Assembly (NCBI RefSeq): GCF_963506605.1
Contig: NC_083286.1
Location: forward strand, 36,952,001-37,016,000
Direction: 5' to 3'
Source of the DNA: Zootoca vivipara
Lineage: Eukaryota
DNA length: 64,000 nucleotides
A program made the translations under genes and the position numbers. The notes under the pieces were generated by a model. The model was given only the letters and a program-made list of their open reading frames with translations, was not told the origin of the DNA and made no database searches. This document shows, piece by piece, positions 22,896 through 34,311 of the stretch. How positions within the stretch are numbered: position 1 is the stretch's first letter; each line of letters opens with the position of its first letter.

Positions 22896-24012
22896 CTAAG
22901 AGCAAAAAAATCTCAGGTAAACAGAAACCAAGGATCAGGTGATCTGAAAAGTATATTTCTTAGAAGGTGATTCTTCTATCAAACTTTTCTAACAACTGGA
23001 GAAGTTTTAAACACATTTTCCTAGTTATTGATGTTTGAAGAGCAATATTGCTCTGCTCAGATATTGGTCCTTACTCTTTCTGCAAGTTGCATTGGGAACT
23101 TGGAGATGTAGAACAGCAAGTAGATATGTAATGCTAAAATTATTCATATAATGAGATCTGCTCCTCCTCTGCATTTAATGTAACATCTGTATTGCCAGCA
23201 TTATTGGGTGGGAAAGCTTTCTGAGACCATGCCACACAAACACGTAACTTGTTATTGGATGCAGCATTCAGCATACAGATTTCAACTTTCATTGAGAAAT
23301 TAATCCAGTTTCTAGTCCCCAAGGCTATGAAACAAGGTTGGTATGTGGACAATACAGGGGAAGGGGATGATAAGGGATTTAGCAGAATTCCCCAGACAGG
23401 CAGTGGAGTATTTATACCATGGACAGCTTGTTGCTCTTCTTGATTACAAGGGGAAAACATACAAAATATGCGGACAACAATTTTACACCAATTTAAACTG
23501 GCCACAGAACTTCCAGTTTATTATTATTTTTACAAGGTCTGAGCACAATGAACAAAACCACATCAAGCTGCTTATCCTATTTACCTTGCTTTCACACACA
23601 TCCCCTTGGAAATACATCCCACTGAAATAAGTACAGTTTACTTTCAATTATGTTTATTAAGGATAAACAATTCTAAAGCTTGCCATTTAAACTCAGAACA
23701 AGCATAAAGATAAGATATTTTAGACACTTTTAAACACAAGCCTGATAGTTTATAAATACTACAGCATTTTCAGTTATTTTGTTAAATCACAGATAATTCT
23801 GCAAATAGAAATGAACTAGAATATGCAACATGTAAAGAGATACAAGTTAATGCTTCGTGCCCATTTCATCCTTACAAACATAAAATTGTTGTTAGCCCTT
23901 TGTCTTTTGCATAGAGCACAAAAGTTAAGTTTTTGCTTGCTTGTACTGTATGTGGGGGGAAACCATGGAAACATCATAGTAGCATATGCATTAATAAGTT
24001 ATGATGACATAC

Positions 24013-24061
24013 CACACAATGGCCTTTTCATCAGTAACTTGATCCGTAATGATTTCGTCAT
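24013..24061 (-). CDS. CENPH: CENPH exon 3
   Basis: DEIITDQVTDEKAIV, 49 nt, phase fits. Confidence 0.88.
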
Positions 24062-24359
24062 CTGTCACATAAAATATGAATATGTTAGAAGTACCGGTAA
24101 CTGAAAAACACTTTCCCTCCCAAGAGGAACATGCCAATAGTATAGTAAGTTTCAGAACACCATTTCATAGGATTATACGTTACAAAGAGAAATAAAGTCC
24201 TCAAGGGACTTCATCCTGGTATTTACTTTCTCAACAAGGGCTTATCTAGTAACTGTTGTATTGTATTTTTGTATTGTATTTTTTGTATTGTATTTTTTAT
24301 TTAGCAATATATAAACATAAGAAAGTTTTTCTTTTTCACAATGGTAGTCCCACACTTAC

Positions 24360-24415
24360 TTGCATTAATTGTTGTATTATATTCCAAAAGTTGTTGGTTT
24401 ATTTGTTCTTTTAAT
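24360..24415 (-). CDS. CENPH: CENPH exon 2
   Basis: LKEQINQQLLEYNTTINA, 56 nt. Confidence 0.92.
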
Positions 24416-25087
24416 CTACAAAGCAAAAAACAAATTAACAGGGGGAAAAATCAAGAGAGTGGATCTGGTAGCAATTTTACATAAAATTTATCTTGTTCAC
24501 ATATGAATTAATAACATCCATCTTTTATCTGATAATGAAATATTAAAGATAGTAGCATTCTGATCAGCATTTTTAAGGAGGAGCTGAGTATGTCTTTAAA
24601 AAGACCCAATCTTTGGATGAAGGGCAGTATACAAATTTAATAATAATAATAAACATCTGGAAAGGGTCTTGCTTCTCCCATTACCACAACCTTGGATTCC
24701 AGAAGAAATCAGCCATGACTCTCTCTTTGCCCTTGCAGCCTCTCTCCCTACTTCTCATTCACATAACTGAATTTTCAACTATGGCCTTTTACTTTTACCT
24801 AACTTATTAGGGAGGAAGGCCCACCCATTTGGCCTCTGGCACAGAGCCACTCCCTTTGTTCTCTTAATGAATCATAATTAGCAGGCCATTACCAGGCTGG
24901 CCTGGATATTTCAGCAATTGAATCCATGCTGGATCCAGGAATTTTAAGAGGGGCTCAAGCATAGTTTACCACTTGAAACTCATAACCTATACAGTAACGA
25001 GAGGGTGTGTGGGTGCCATTCAGGTTGGTCTTCTGGAAGCTGCAGCTAATGCAAAACACAATGGCTCAACTAGCTGTAATAGCAATA

Positions 25088-25372
25088 AAGGTAAAGGGAC
25101 CCCTGACCATTAGGTCCAGTTGTGACTGACTCTGTGGTTGCGATGCTCATCTCGTGTTATTGGTCGAGGGAGCCAGAGTACAGCTTCCAGGTCATGTGGC
25201 CAGCATGACAAAGCCGCTTGTGGCGAACCAGAGCAGTACAGAACTGCTATGTTGGCAGGAGCTGGGACCAAGCAATGGGAGCTCACCCTGTCATGGGGAT
25301 TCGAACCGCCGGCCTTCTGATCAGCAAGCCCCTAGGCTCTGTGGTTTAACCCACAGCGCCACCCGCGTCCCT
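25088..25372 (-). mobile_element. Sauria SINE, internally deleted
   Basis: Same family; TSD TAATAGCAATA. Confidence 0.88.
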
Positions 25373-26239
25373 TAATAGCAATACAGCTGGACAAAGCCCA
25401 ATACAGCCTGGAACCATAATCCCTAAAAAATAATCTTATCCCTTCATGCCCAGCCTATGACTGCACTCTGAAGGAGAGGGTTTCTTACAAATAACGTATC
25501 CTCAGGAGACCTGCTCCATGCAATGTAGAAATTGGGGCTTTAGTGTAGCAGCACCTACTCTTTGGAACTCCCTCCCACTGCATATCAGATGCTGCCACTA
25601 TAGCCTTTTGAAGACTTTCCTTTTCCCAGGAGCGGGTAGATTTTTGTTTTGTATTGGACTCGAAGTTGTTTTTTTATGCATGTTTTCACTGTTAAATCGC
25701 TTCAGGACTTTTTTCTTTGGGAAGCAACAAATAAAAGTCACAGAATTATAAAGTTGGACGGGATCCTGAGAGTCATCTAGTCTAACCCAGTGCAACGCAG
25801 GAATCCTGCCCACAGCCATCCCCGGGTGGGCTCAAACCAGATGCACAGGCCCATTGCACCGACCCTGGCACTTTAATAAATAACTAAATATGCACAATTA
25901 AGGTTTACATGCTTCCAATGCTTTTCTTTGGTCTTTCTAAATAATATTATAGAGGTGGCACAGAAATTCAAATCTACCGTGACTGGAAACAGCAAATGCG
26001 GCAGTTTGGAGGGGGGCTGTTTGTGCGTGAGTACTTGTAGAGAGGGCAGGGGTGCCAACATGAATAAAATATTTTTTGGGGAGCATAATCGATCACACGA
26101 CGTGCCCATCAACTTGGGGGGAGCGGCCCCTTCAAATATTTTATGGGGGAGCGAAGGGCGTTGGCTCCTATGAGAGGGAGTGTGAGTGTTTCTCTGTGTT
26201 GAGACTCCGCCCGACACCAACACACAGAGAGGGCCTGAC

Positions 26240-26367
26240 CTTAAAAGCGGCACCGGGTCCAGCTTCTCCTGCCCCTCCTCGCCGACGAGCCTTCGGGCTT
26301 CTGCTGACGTCTCTTCAGCGAAGCCGTCGAGAGGAGCCGCTGCCGCCGCGCCCTCCCTCGTTTCCAT
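26240..26367 (-). CDS. CENPH: Centromere protein H exon 1
   Basis: METREGAAAAAP...DPVPLL(R), AAG|GTCAGG donor, in a CpG island. Confidence 0.88.
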
Positions 26368-26376
26368 TCCTTCCGT

Positions 26377-26570
26377 TTCAAAAGGCCCGCAACTGCAGCC
26401 TTACGTCACGGTCCCGAGATTGAGCGGCGAGCGATTGCTACTGCCTGAGATAAGCCCCGCCCCCAGCTCCGAACGAAATCCGAAGGCGCTCTACCTTCCG
26501 GCCTGGTGCGCCACACCTCTCAGCTGCCATGGGCGTGCCGAATAAAGCTCCTCTTCAAGGGGGCGGGGCG
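26377..26570 (-). promoter_or_regulatory. CENPH promoter: CDE/CHR-like element (26377-26391), CRE-like GTGACGTAA, GC boxes
   Basis: Minus strand TGCGG-GCCT-TTTGAA; GGGGCGGGG boxes at about 26455-26464 and 26560-26569; CpG island. Confidence 0.65.
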
Positions 26571-26852
26571 TCAAGTACGTGGAGCCGCGTTTGGATCCCG
26601 CATAAGTGGGAAGAGTTTTTTTTCGTGGGTCATCATTTATTAAATATATATTACTACTACTACTGTACTGCGTTAGGTCCTCTTTCGTGCAGACACACAT
26701 AATAAAACAAAGAAATATTGGTAAAGGAGGGCGGTCGGTTATAGACCAACTAAAACAAGGGGCGGGGCTTTAGGCTGCAATCCTAAACACATTTACACCT
26801 TGAATTTGGTAGAACTAGTGAATTTAGGCTTGCAGTGTTAGGATGAAAAAAT

Positions 26853-26965
26853 TAAAAATTGTCCAGTAGCACCTTATAGACCAACAAAGTTTGTTCTGGG
26901 TACAGTATAAGCTTTCCTGTGCACACACACTTCAGATACATTGAAGCAGAAGTCACCAGACCCCT
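26853..26965 (-). mobile_element. Degenerate Penelope-like fragment
   Basis: Similar to 9912-10003 (CCAGTAGCACCTTA.AGACCAAC...CTTCAGATAC). Confidence 0.55.
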
Positions 26966-27166
26966 ATATTCTTCTTTGGCGATCACTTGCAGCAGAGTAA
27001 GATTGTCTTCCATAAACACGGTTTTAACAATGAGTTTAAGTGACTGTGGAGGCCAATTCTGGAGCCACACGTCCTTCCACAGTGGGGACAATGGTTTCCC
27101 GGCAGGAGTTGATCACGGTGTGGATTTGCCAAGCGGCGACCTATGTATAAGGGTAGGGGTGATCAC

Positions 27167-27328
27167 TGGAGAATGGATGCTTTTAAATTGTGCTGGAGGA
27201 GACTCTTGAGAGTCCCATGGACTGAAAAAAGATCAAACCTATCCATTCTCAAGGAAATCAGCCCTGAGTGCTTACTGGAAGGACAGTTTCTGAAGCTGAG
27301 GCTCCAATACTTTGGCCACCTCATGAGA
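27167..27328 (+). mobile_element. BovB internal fragment
   Basis: DAFKLCWRRLLRVPWT..RSNLSILKEISPEC.LEG..LKLRLQYFGHLMR. Confidence 0.8.
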
Positions 27329-27698
27329 AACAGCCAGTTACTTAGTAGGATTTTAACCAGGGGTCAGCAACCTTTTTCAGCCATGGTGTGAACATCAGAA
27401 TACATATCCACCCCACCCACCCAACTGCAGGAATAGCACACATGTTGCACCTGGCTCAGATAAATTGAAGTCACTCAAAATGATTGCACCAATTCAAATA
27501 GGCAGCCATTTTCCATCCTTTTCAGCATGGCTTGCTAGTTTTAAAGCGACAGAACCCTACTAAAGTTGACTAGCTTCAGGCTAACCTTCCCCAATAAAGT
27601 TGTTTTATTAAACTTTCAACCAGACTCTGGAAGCTACAGTATGAAACACCCCAAGCAGTTTATTATAAAATCAAATAATAAAAACTAGGGTATATCTC

Positions 27699-27768
27699 GA
27701 AGACAGGAGTGCCTGGCGTGCTATGGTCCATGGGGTCACGAAGAGTCGGCCACGACTAAACAACAACA
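27699..27768 (+). mobile_element. Extremely truncated BovB 3' end (70 bp)
   Basis: CCATGGGGTCACGAAGAGTCGG.CACGACTAAACAACAAC, 12-bp TSD AGGGTATATCTC. Confidence 0.85.
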
Positions 27769-27919
27769 AGGGTATATCTCACCTGTCCTCTCCAGAAAAC
27801 CCAATTTGTAAGGCCTGAGCTGACAGCTATAATTTCTCTATAGCCCTATTTTTGCATTAGCTAAAACAATGTTAAAAGTTTGATCTGGTATTCCTTCAGA
27901 ATTGCTGCTGCAACAAATA

Positions 27920-28111
27920 CAATGGTACCTCGGGTTAAGAACCTAATTCATTCTGGAGGTCCATTCTTAACCTGAGGTACCACTTTAGCTAATGGGGCCT
28001 GCCGCTGCGCGATTTCTGTTCTCATCCTGAAGCAAAGTTCTTAACCCGAGGTACTATTTCTGGGTTAGTGGAGTCTGTAACCTGAAGCATCTGTAACCCG
28101 AGGTACCACTG
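27920..28111. mobile_element. Tc1/mariner MITE
   Basis: TA-CAATGGTACCTCGGGTTA...TAACCCGAGGTACCACTG-TA. Confidence 0.82.
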
Positions 28112-28642
28112 TACTGAAGTTTAAAAACTACACTAATAGGAAGGAAAGGAGGCTTTACATCCCAGGTATCAGAGACTGATCTAAACGTCAAGTAGTCATG
28201 GCTCATTTTATGTTCCATGTACCTGTGATTACATTTGATTTTTCACTTGTGTCCAAACAGCAGCTTGGTGATCCTAACAAGAGTGGCTACAAGACAGCAA
28301 TAAAATATACTTTAAAAGAACAGGAAGAGCTTGACTATTAGAAGTTGCTCTTACAACTTACTTTTCCTGCAGACAAAAAGGCAACCTACAAGCCTAGCCA
28401 AATTGGTTTCCCCAAAGCATACTTTTATAATGGTTTGCCAATCAGCTGCTTTTTTAGTAAAGCTTGTGCATGTATGCTTCATTGTGCTAAAGAACATACA
28501 ACCATCTTCATAGTGAGAAGCCAAAGATTTAAAGCTTATTTAAAATTATAGGCTGCCTTTGTGAATCAACAACTCACTAGCTAATCTGCAATTCAGGAAT
28601 TTCAATTAGACCATGACGAGGAGGTGAAAGTAAAAAAAGAAG

Positions 28643-28652
28643 TTTATTAAAA
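28643..28652 (-). terminator. CCNB1 poly(A) signal AATAAA overlapped by a CPE (TTTTAAT)
   Basis: Minus strand TTTTAATAAA about 85 nt after the stop codon, followed by a U-rich tract. Confidence 0.75.
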
Positions 28653-28735
28653 CTTTTATAACCACTATATTTATAATATACACACACTTAAGTAGCAACA
28701 CACGGTGTCAACTTTGTCCAACAGTTAAATTAGGT

Positions 28736-28840
28736 TTATTTCGAGAATGGTTTAGCCAGATCCTTTATGACTGCAGAGTTCAGTTCTGGAAGGGTGCTGA
28801 TCTTGGCATGCTTGCTGGTGGCATATTTGTTCTTGACAGT
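28736..28840 (-). CDS. CCNB1: CCNB1 exon 9 (terminal)
   Basis: [34 protein letters not shown]. Confidence 0.96.
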   Translation of the reverse strand, partial: TVKNKYATSKHAKISTLPELNSAVIKDLAKPFSK

Positions 28841-28949
28841 CTGCGGAGAGATTGATCAATGGTTAACATAATTTTTGCAAAGTCAACCATATCACTACAT
28901 ATTAGCATAAGCAAAGCACACCTGTGCTTAATAAAACAATAATAATCAT

Positions 28950-29429
28950 CTTTAAAGGTCAGCACCAACACTTTGAATTGTGCTCGGAAATGTCCTGGGA
29001 GCCAATGTAGGTCTTTCAAGACTGGTGTTATGTGGTCTCGGCGGCTGCTCCCAGTCACCAGTCTAGCTGCTGCATTCTGGATTAATTGTAGTTTCCGGGT
29101 CACCTTCAAAGGTAGCCCCACATAGAGCGCATTGCAGTAGTCCAAGCGAAGAGATAACTAGAACATGTACCACTCTGGCGAGACAGTCCACAGGCAGGTA
29201 GGGTCTCAGCCTGCGTACCAGATGAAGCTGATAGACAGCTGCCCTGGATACAGAATTAACCTGTGCCTCCATGGACAGCTGTGAGTCCAAAATGACTCCA
29301 AGGCTGCGCACCTGGTCCTTCAGGGGCACAGTTACCCCATTCAGGACCAGGGAGTCCCCCACAAACAGTACTTCTGTCTTGTCAGGATTCAACCTCAATC
29401 TGTTAGCTGCCATCAATCCTCCAACCGCT
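28950..29429 (-). mobile_element. L2-clade LINE ORF2 fragment in CCNB1 intron 8
   Basis: LRLNPDKTEVL...RSLGVILDSQL and DYCNALYVGLP...LQLIQNAAARL...LHWLP, frameshifted. Confidence 0.88.
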
Positions 29430-29518
29430 TAATCACACTGACCTAGCTATAAACCTCGTTTAGTGGCAAGTTAGGACTTGCATGCAACCAGATACACAGT
29501 GGCATGGTTTTTGCTTAC

Positions 29519-29629
29519 CAGATGCTTTGTATTGCCTCTGTTTACCAACATCACATTCTTTGCCATATGCTGCATAACAGGAATAAGATCAGTCTCGGTA
29601 TACTGCATGTAGTGTTGTAGAGCTGGTGT
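29519..29629 (-). CDS. CCNB1: CCNB1 exon 8
   Basis: [37 protein letters not shown]. Confidence 0.96.
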
Positions 29630-29979
29630 CTAAGAGCAAGAAGTTAAGTGTTAGAAATCCTTCTGATTAACAATTGAAGGTCATGGAAGAGCTCAGAATG
29701 CCCTATGAACCTCCTTTGCACTTGATCTAGGGATCCTGGCACACACAACGGTGTGCTTTAGGCTACCTAGAGGGTTTGTAGCAGAGGCAAGTTTTGAGGC
29801 AGATATTCCAGGGTCACATCTTATTCTCTAAGCCACTCTGCTCTAGCAATTCTAGCTCACACATGGGAATGAAAATCATGGAAACAAATACCCAAAGTCA
29901 TTTTTGGTATTTAGTGGAGGTGAAAAGCGAAGTCTTTTACCTTACCAATTTAAGGCTATGTCTCGGCTCAGTTACTTAC

Positions 29980-30120
29980 CCATTCTCCCCCTGCAAGTAT
30001 TTTAGTAGATAGGCAAAAGGCCGCAGCAGCAATTCGAGAGGGATGGTAATGTGCCATGTCATAATCCACCAGTGAGAGCTCCATCAGGTATTTTGCAAGT
30101 GCGTGTTGCTCTATATCGGC
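29980..30120 (-). CDS. CCNB1: CCNB1 exon 7
   Basis: [22 protein letters not shown]...GGEW. Confidence 0.96.
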
Positions 30121-30502
30121 CTGGAACAGTTAGGGTAAGATAGTGTTTATCACCAATGAACCCTGAAGATCAACAAGGAACACTGTGCCTTGCCTTACAT
30201 TTCTGCCTATCTGAAGAACCAAATCAAAAGGTTGTGCCTTCAGCTACACAGTTAAGACAAAGCAAGAAGTTTGTGTCTTTCAGTTGTTTTGGCCCAACTC
30301 CCAATAGCCATGCTGACTGCAGCCAATGGGACTCACCCACTTGGAAGGAACCAGGTTGGAGAAAGCTGGCCTACTGGTAGGATACTGAATACACCTCCTC
30401 ATGCCAAAAGGAGACATTTTCGGATTCCAAGTTTGATCTTCCTATACGCATATTTGTCATACTGTGACCTAGTGAGATTGGCACCCCCTTAAACAGCATT
30501 AC

Positions 30503-30739
30503 CTCTCCAATTTTTGATGCCCTCCGTAGGAAATGTAGTGGAAGAGGACGACCAAGATTGAAGTCCAGTGATCTTAGGATCTTCATCTCCATTTGCCTAA
30601 TCTGCATGTTGGTGTAGGTATTATCTGTCACAAAGGCAAAGTCACCAATTTCTGGAGGGTACATTTCTTCGTATTTGCTGGCAACGAACATGGCTGTTAC
30701 ACCAACCAGCTGCAGCATCTTCTTATGAACTTTGTTGTT
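30503..30739 (-). CDS. CCNB1: CCNB1 exon 6
   Basis: [34 protein letters not shown]...[10 protein letters not shown]. Confidence 0.97.
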
Positions 30740-31104
30740 CTGCAATAGAAACAACTGTTAGTCAAACTGGCTAATAACAATATTGGGGAAGATCACTTAC
30801 TCCCAAAGCTGTCACACTCTTCAGCAAGGAATATTTATGTACTTGTTCCACTGCAAGGTCAACTTCCTAGACCGATACGCCACCTCCAGCCTAGCTACCC
30901 TGGGAGAGAGCTGTGTAGTATGTGCATCTACTAAGCATGCAGCTTTCAATTTAAAAGTGCATTGTTCCACGTATGATCAAATTCACTGAACGTGTATTGC
31001 CTCCATACAATGCAGCTAAGCCCCTCTGCCTTCTGTGTCCCTGCAGATTCTTAAGGAAAGACAGCTGCAAACAGGCAAAGAAAGTGTCGCCATGCTGCTC
31101 TTAC

Positions 31105-31263
31105 CTGCAGAAAGCGATCAATAATGGCAACAGTCATGTACATAGTCTCTTGCAGGAGTTTGAATTTCATCTGGACCTGAACAAGCCAGTCAATTAGGAC
31201 TGCCCGCATGTTCCCAGTAATTTCCTGGCCTGCCAAGTAGTTTGGTCTCACTGACTGCTGACT
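31105..31263 (-). CDS. CCNB1: CCNB1 exon 5
   Basis: ...[37 protein letters not shown]. Confidence 0.97.
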
Positions 31264-31612
31264 CTGTGAAGAAAACAACAGATGTTTATTCATGTTTACC
31301 TGCACAAATGAAAGAAAGGAAGGAAGCCTAGTTGCAGCTGAAGCTGATGTGTTGCCACCATTCATTGCTTTTGAACTAGCAAGTTCCTTGCCCCAAATTT
31401 TATAAACTGAGTTTGGATTCCATTGATATTTTTTGCAAGCACAGCAAGGGCACGCAAAGAGCAAGACTCCTAGTTGCTCCTGTCATTTTTTTGGGGGGGG
31501 GCACCTGCTGTGCACAAACTTAAGTAGTGACATTTCCTAGTTAACTTAGATTTGGAGGTAACCTCAATTTCCAGAGGCACGCACGAGGCTTGCCTTAGCT
31601 ACTTGAACCAAC

Positions 31613-31795
31613 CTCAAGCTCTCTCAGGTAGTTGTAGATATCCTTCACATATTCGCTGCAAAGGTTTGGATCTGAAGCATCATCTGTATCAATGTCTTTC
31701 ACTTCAAGCAGAACATCTGAAAAGGCCTGGCACAGTACTTCCTCTGCTGGTGCACAACCGGAAGTCTCCATTGGGCTGGGGAATGGAGACTCCAA
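31613..31795 (-). CDS. CCNB1: CCNB1 exon 4 (CRS/NES)
   Basis: [30 protein letters not shown]...YLRELE. Confidence 0.96.
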
Positions 31796-32210
31796 CTGTT
31801 GAAGAGAGGTTTCCATTTATTAATATCTGAGCTACAACTCTATGGATTATGGAACTCGTGGCAGCATACATAGGACTGCAACTGGGCTCCTAATTCAGGC
31901 ACTGACAGGACTCAGGCCTGTTTGGCTTCAGCAAGGTGGCTGCATCATGAGTCCTCTGAGCACTCTCTATAGATTGGTAGGCAAAAGGTATACAGTATGT
32001 GGTCTCTGTTTAATTGTCCAATTACAAGTCAACTGCAAGTCTCTGCTGCATCCATGTCAGGGTTGGGGAAATCTCAGGCCTAGAGGCCAAATGTGGCCTA
32101 CTGGTCTTTAGAATCTCCCCAGATCACACATCTTAAAGGCCCTGATTTGCTCAAGTGCTTTTGTCTGGCTGGAATACGTCCTAGGACTATTTTGCCTGTT
32201 GTCTGGGGAG

Positions 32211-32212
<2 letters not shown>

Positions 32213-32250
<38 letters not shown>
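32213..32250. repeat. (GT)n microsatellite in CCNB1 intron 3
   Basis: About 19 GT units. Confidence 0.95.
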
Positions 32251-32253
<3 letters not shown>

Positions 32254-33076
32254 CCACACTATGGTGCAAAGGTAAGCTTCTCATTTGTTGCTCTGCTCAT
32301 ATGGCCCACGAATGCCCATGAAGGGAAATGCCAGACTCCTGATCAATATTCAGACTCCTGATCAATATTTTGTATAAGAGCATTGCATGGGATGCAGAGC
32401 TACTTGAGTGTTACTGACCCAGGTGTAATCATGATGCTAATGGGTATAGAAGCATAAAGGGATCCAGGCTGCAGGAAGAACTAAGCTATAGCCCAAAAGG
32501 GGGTGGGAAAGAACAGTAGTAGTAGTAGTGTGAGAGAGATCAGAGGCAAGTGGTAAGGGAGAAGGATTCAAATATCCACCTTAAGTCAGATACTGGATTG
32601 AGTATTGGACTTGCAACCAAAGGGATTGCAACCAAAGATTCAAAAGCCCATTGTAATAGACATGGTTTGTCTCAAGTTTCTGCATCTGGGGGGGGGGGGG
32701 GACCCACAATACTATATTCACAGAGTTCATTTTCCCAAGAGAAAATCAGTATTAATCTGGCAGCAGGAAATACCCATTGGTGTTTTGGAGACCACTGAAC
32801 ACACACTTTGCAAGCCCTGGAAGGACGTTGTTTGCCATTAAGGTACATTGTTCAGACAGCCTGAAGTTTGACAATGTAGCCCACCAAGGGGTTCAAACCC
32901 AACCCTCGGTATGCAGCCTGCCAATTATTGCTAAGGGTAGCTAATGAAAGCTCAAAAATAGCAGTTTCAATATCAAGAGACAACAAATACATATATAGCA
33001 AAAATATTCATAATCATTAACCCCCATGCCCCACCAACAACAAAGCCAGGGCTATCATTTTTAAGTCATTTGATAC

Positions 33077-33190
33077 CTTCACGGGTTCAAGGATTGGCTT
33101 TTCTTCTTTCACAGATTCTTTTGGCTGTTCAGTAGGCCTTGTGACTTTTTGAGTTGTAACTTTTTCCAAAACTGCAGGTTTCAGTATTTC
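33077..33190 (-). CDS. CCNB1: CCNB1 exon 3
   Basis: EILKPAVLEK...PILEPVK, 114 nt, phase 0. Confidence 0.88.
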
Positions 33191-33295
33191 CTGGGTGAGG
33201 GAATAGAAGTGGGTAGAGGGAGGAATCATTGCAGTAGCCCTGATAGTTCCCAATGTTAAGCTCTAGTTGGAAGTGGGTGGGTAGGAGACACTTAC

Positions 33296-33451
33296 CTTTT
33301 TCATCACAGCCTTGGCTTTTACTTCACATGCCTTGTTGCCAATGTCCCCCAAGGCAGTCCTAGGCCTCAAGCAGGGTTTGGCACCATCACCTCCCCGCTT
33401 GTTACCTGCCATTATAGCCTTGATTTTGTTCTCTGCATTGGTCTTCGTGTT
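33296..33451 (-). CDS. CCNB1: CCNB1 exon 2 (destruction box)
   Basis: NTKTNAENK...[13 protein letters not shown]...MKK. Confidence 0.96.
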
Positions 33452-33977
33452 CTGCAGGAAGGAGGAAGACCCCTTTAAGTAACCCTATGTTTCACAAACA
33501 CAAGGAAGCATTTGTACAGCTTTATGATAAAGTGAGGATGGGTAGGAATAAGAGTTCTGAACCTTACAAGCTTCCCTACCTTAAAGCCCTCCTCCTATGA
33601 ATTTTGATGAGACACAGTACTAATTAAGCAGAAGCCTTAGCCAATTCACAACTGGTAAAACTCAACAAGCCAGGGCAACGCCCCAACCCCCCCCCCCAAA
33701 TGGGTCTGGGAACCGATTTAGTCATTTTGGTAGGCAGAAAAAACTCGACACAGCTGTAGAATTCCATTTTTCAAATGGCAATTAGCAGTTACTAGCGACA
33801 CCTCCACTAACTTCCTGTGAAACAGAAGATTATGCACGTCTCCTCGGGAGTAAGCCCCATTTATGCGCCTGCAGAGGACTGCAGCCTTAAGTTTGCCACC
33901 TCTTGCAAAAAAAGAGGGCGCAGCAGGAAGCCTGAAAAACAAAAAAAATTCTCCCCCTCCAAAACCCCCTTTCCTAC

Positions 33978-33998
33978 CCGGGTGACCCGCAAAGCCAT
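33978..33998 (-). CDS. CCNB1: G2/mitotic-specific cyclin B1 exon 1
   Basis: MALRVTR|GTAGGA. Confidence 0.95.
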
Positions 33999-34142
33999 GA
34001 TCCAGACTCAATCCGCGCAACACGAGATGTTATCCGAACCAGCCGCCTCTGCTCCCAGCAAACTCTCTTCCTCTCGCAAGCTCCGAAGCGGCCGATTCCT
34101 GCTGCGCACGAGTCCGATAGCCCCCCCACCTACCGCCGCAAG

Positions 34143-34311
34143 TTTAAAACTCGCACCAGGCTGCGCTCATTGGCTGCCTCTCTCGGCGTCCGCCGCTTCC
34201 CATTGGCCGTGCGGCGTTACACCCTGAATGCGTTTCCACGGCTACAAGGAGGTTGACTTCTCCGGGCGTTCGAAAAGGGAGGCGTGGCGAGAAGATGCGG
34301 AAGGTCACGTG
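34143..34311 (-). promoter_or_regulatory. CCNB1 promoter: CHR-like TTTAAA (34143-48), CCAAT boxes (34169-73, 34202-06), E-box CACGTG (34306-11)
   Basis: Motifs seen directly; CCAAT boxes are 33 bp apart, as in mitotic cyclin promoters. Confidence 0.8.

Larger units (their letters stand above)
15547..26367 (-). other. CENPH: CENPH gene CDS span, 9 exons, 245 aa
   Basis: Exon sizes 128/56/49/75/57/64/52/164/93 join in frame; C-terminus VNWLEDPALKEIVLQLEKN is typical of CENP-H; syntenic position. Confidence 0.93.
28736..33998 (-). other. CCNB1: CCNB1 gene CDS span, 9 exons, 408 aa
   Basis: Exons 21/156/114/183/159/237/141/111/105 nt; D-box [22 protein letters not shown], cyclin box, FLRRASK. 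Confidence 0.97.

Noticed and set aside
28735-28740. AATAAA overlapping the CCNB1 stop codon
   Set aside because: Likely a by-product of Lys-stop codons; the downstream CPE-overlapping hexamer has better context.
32332-32370. Short local tandem duplications (also at about 14030-14050, 39105-39157 and 53758-53795)
   Set aside because: Ordinary slippage or repair duplications of 18-20 bp with no sign of function.
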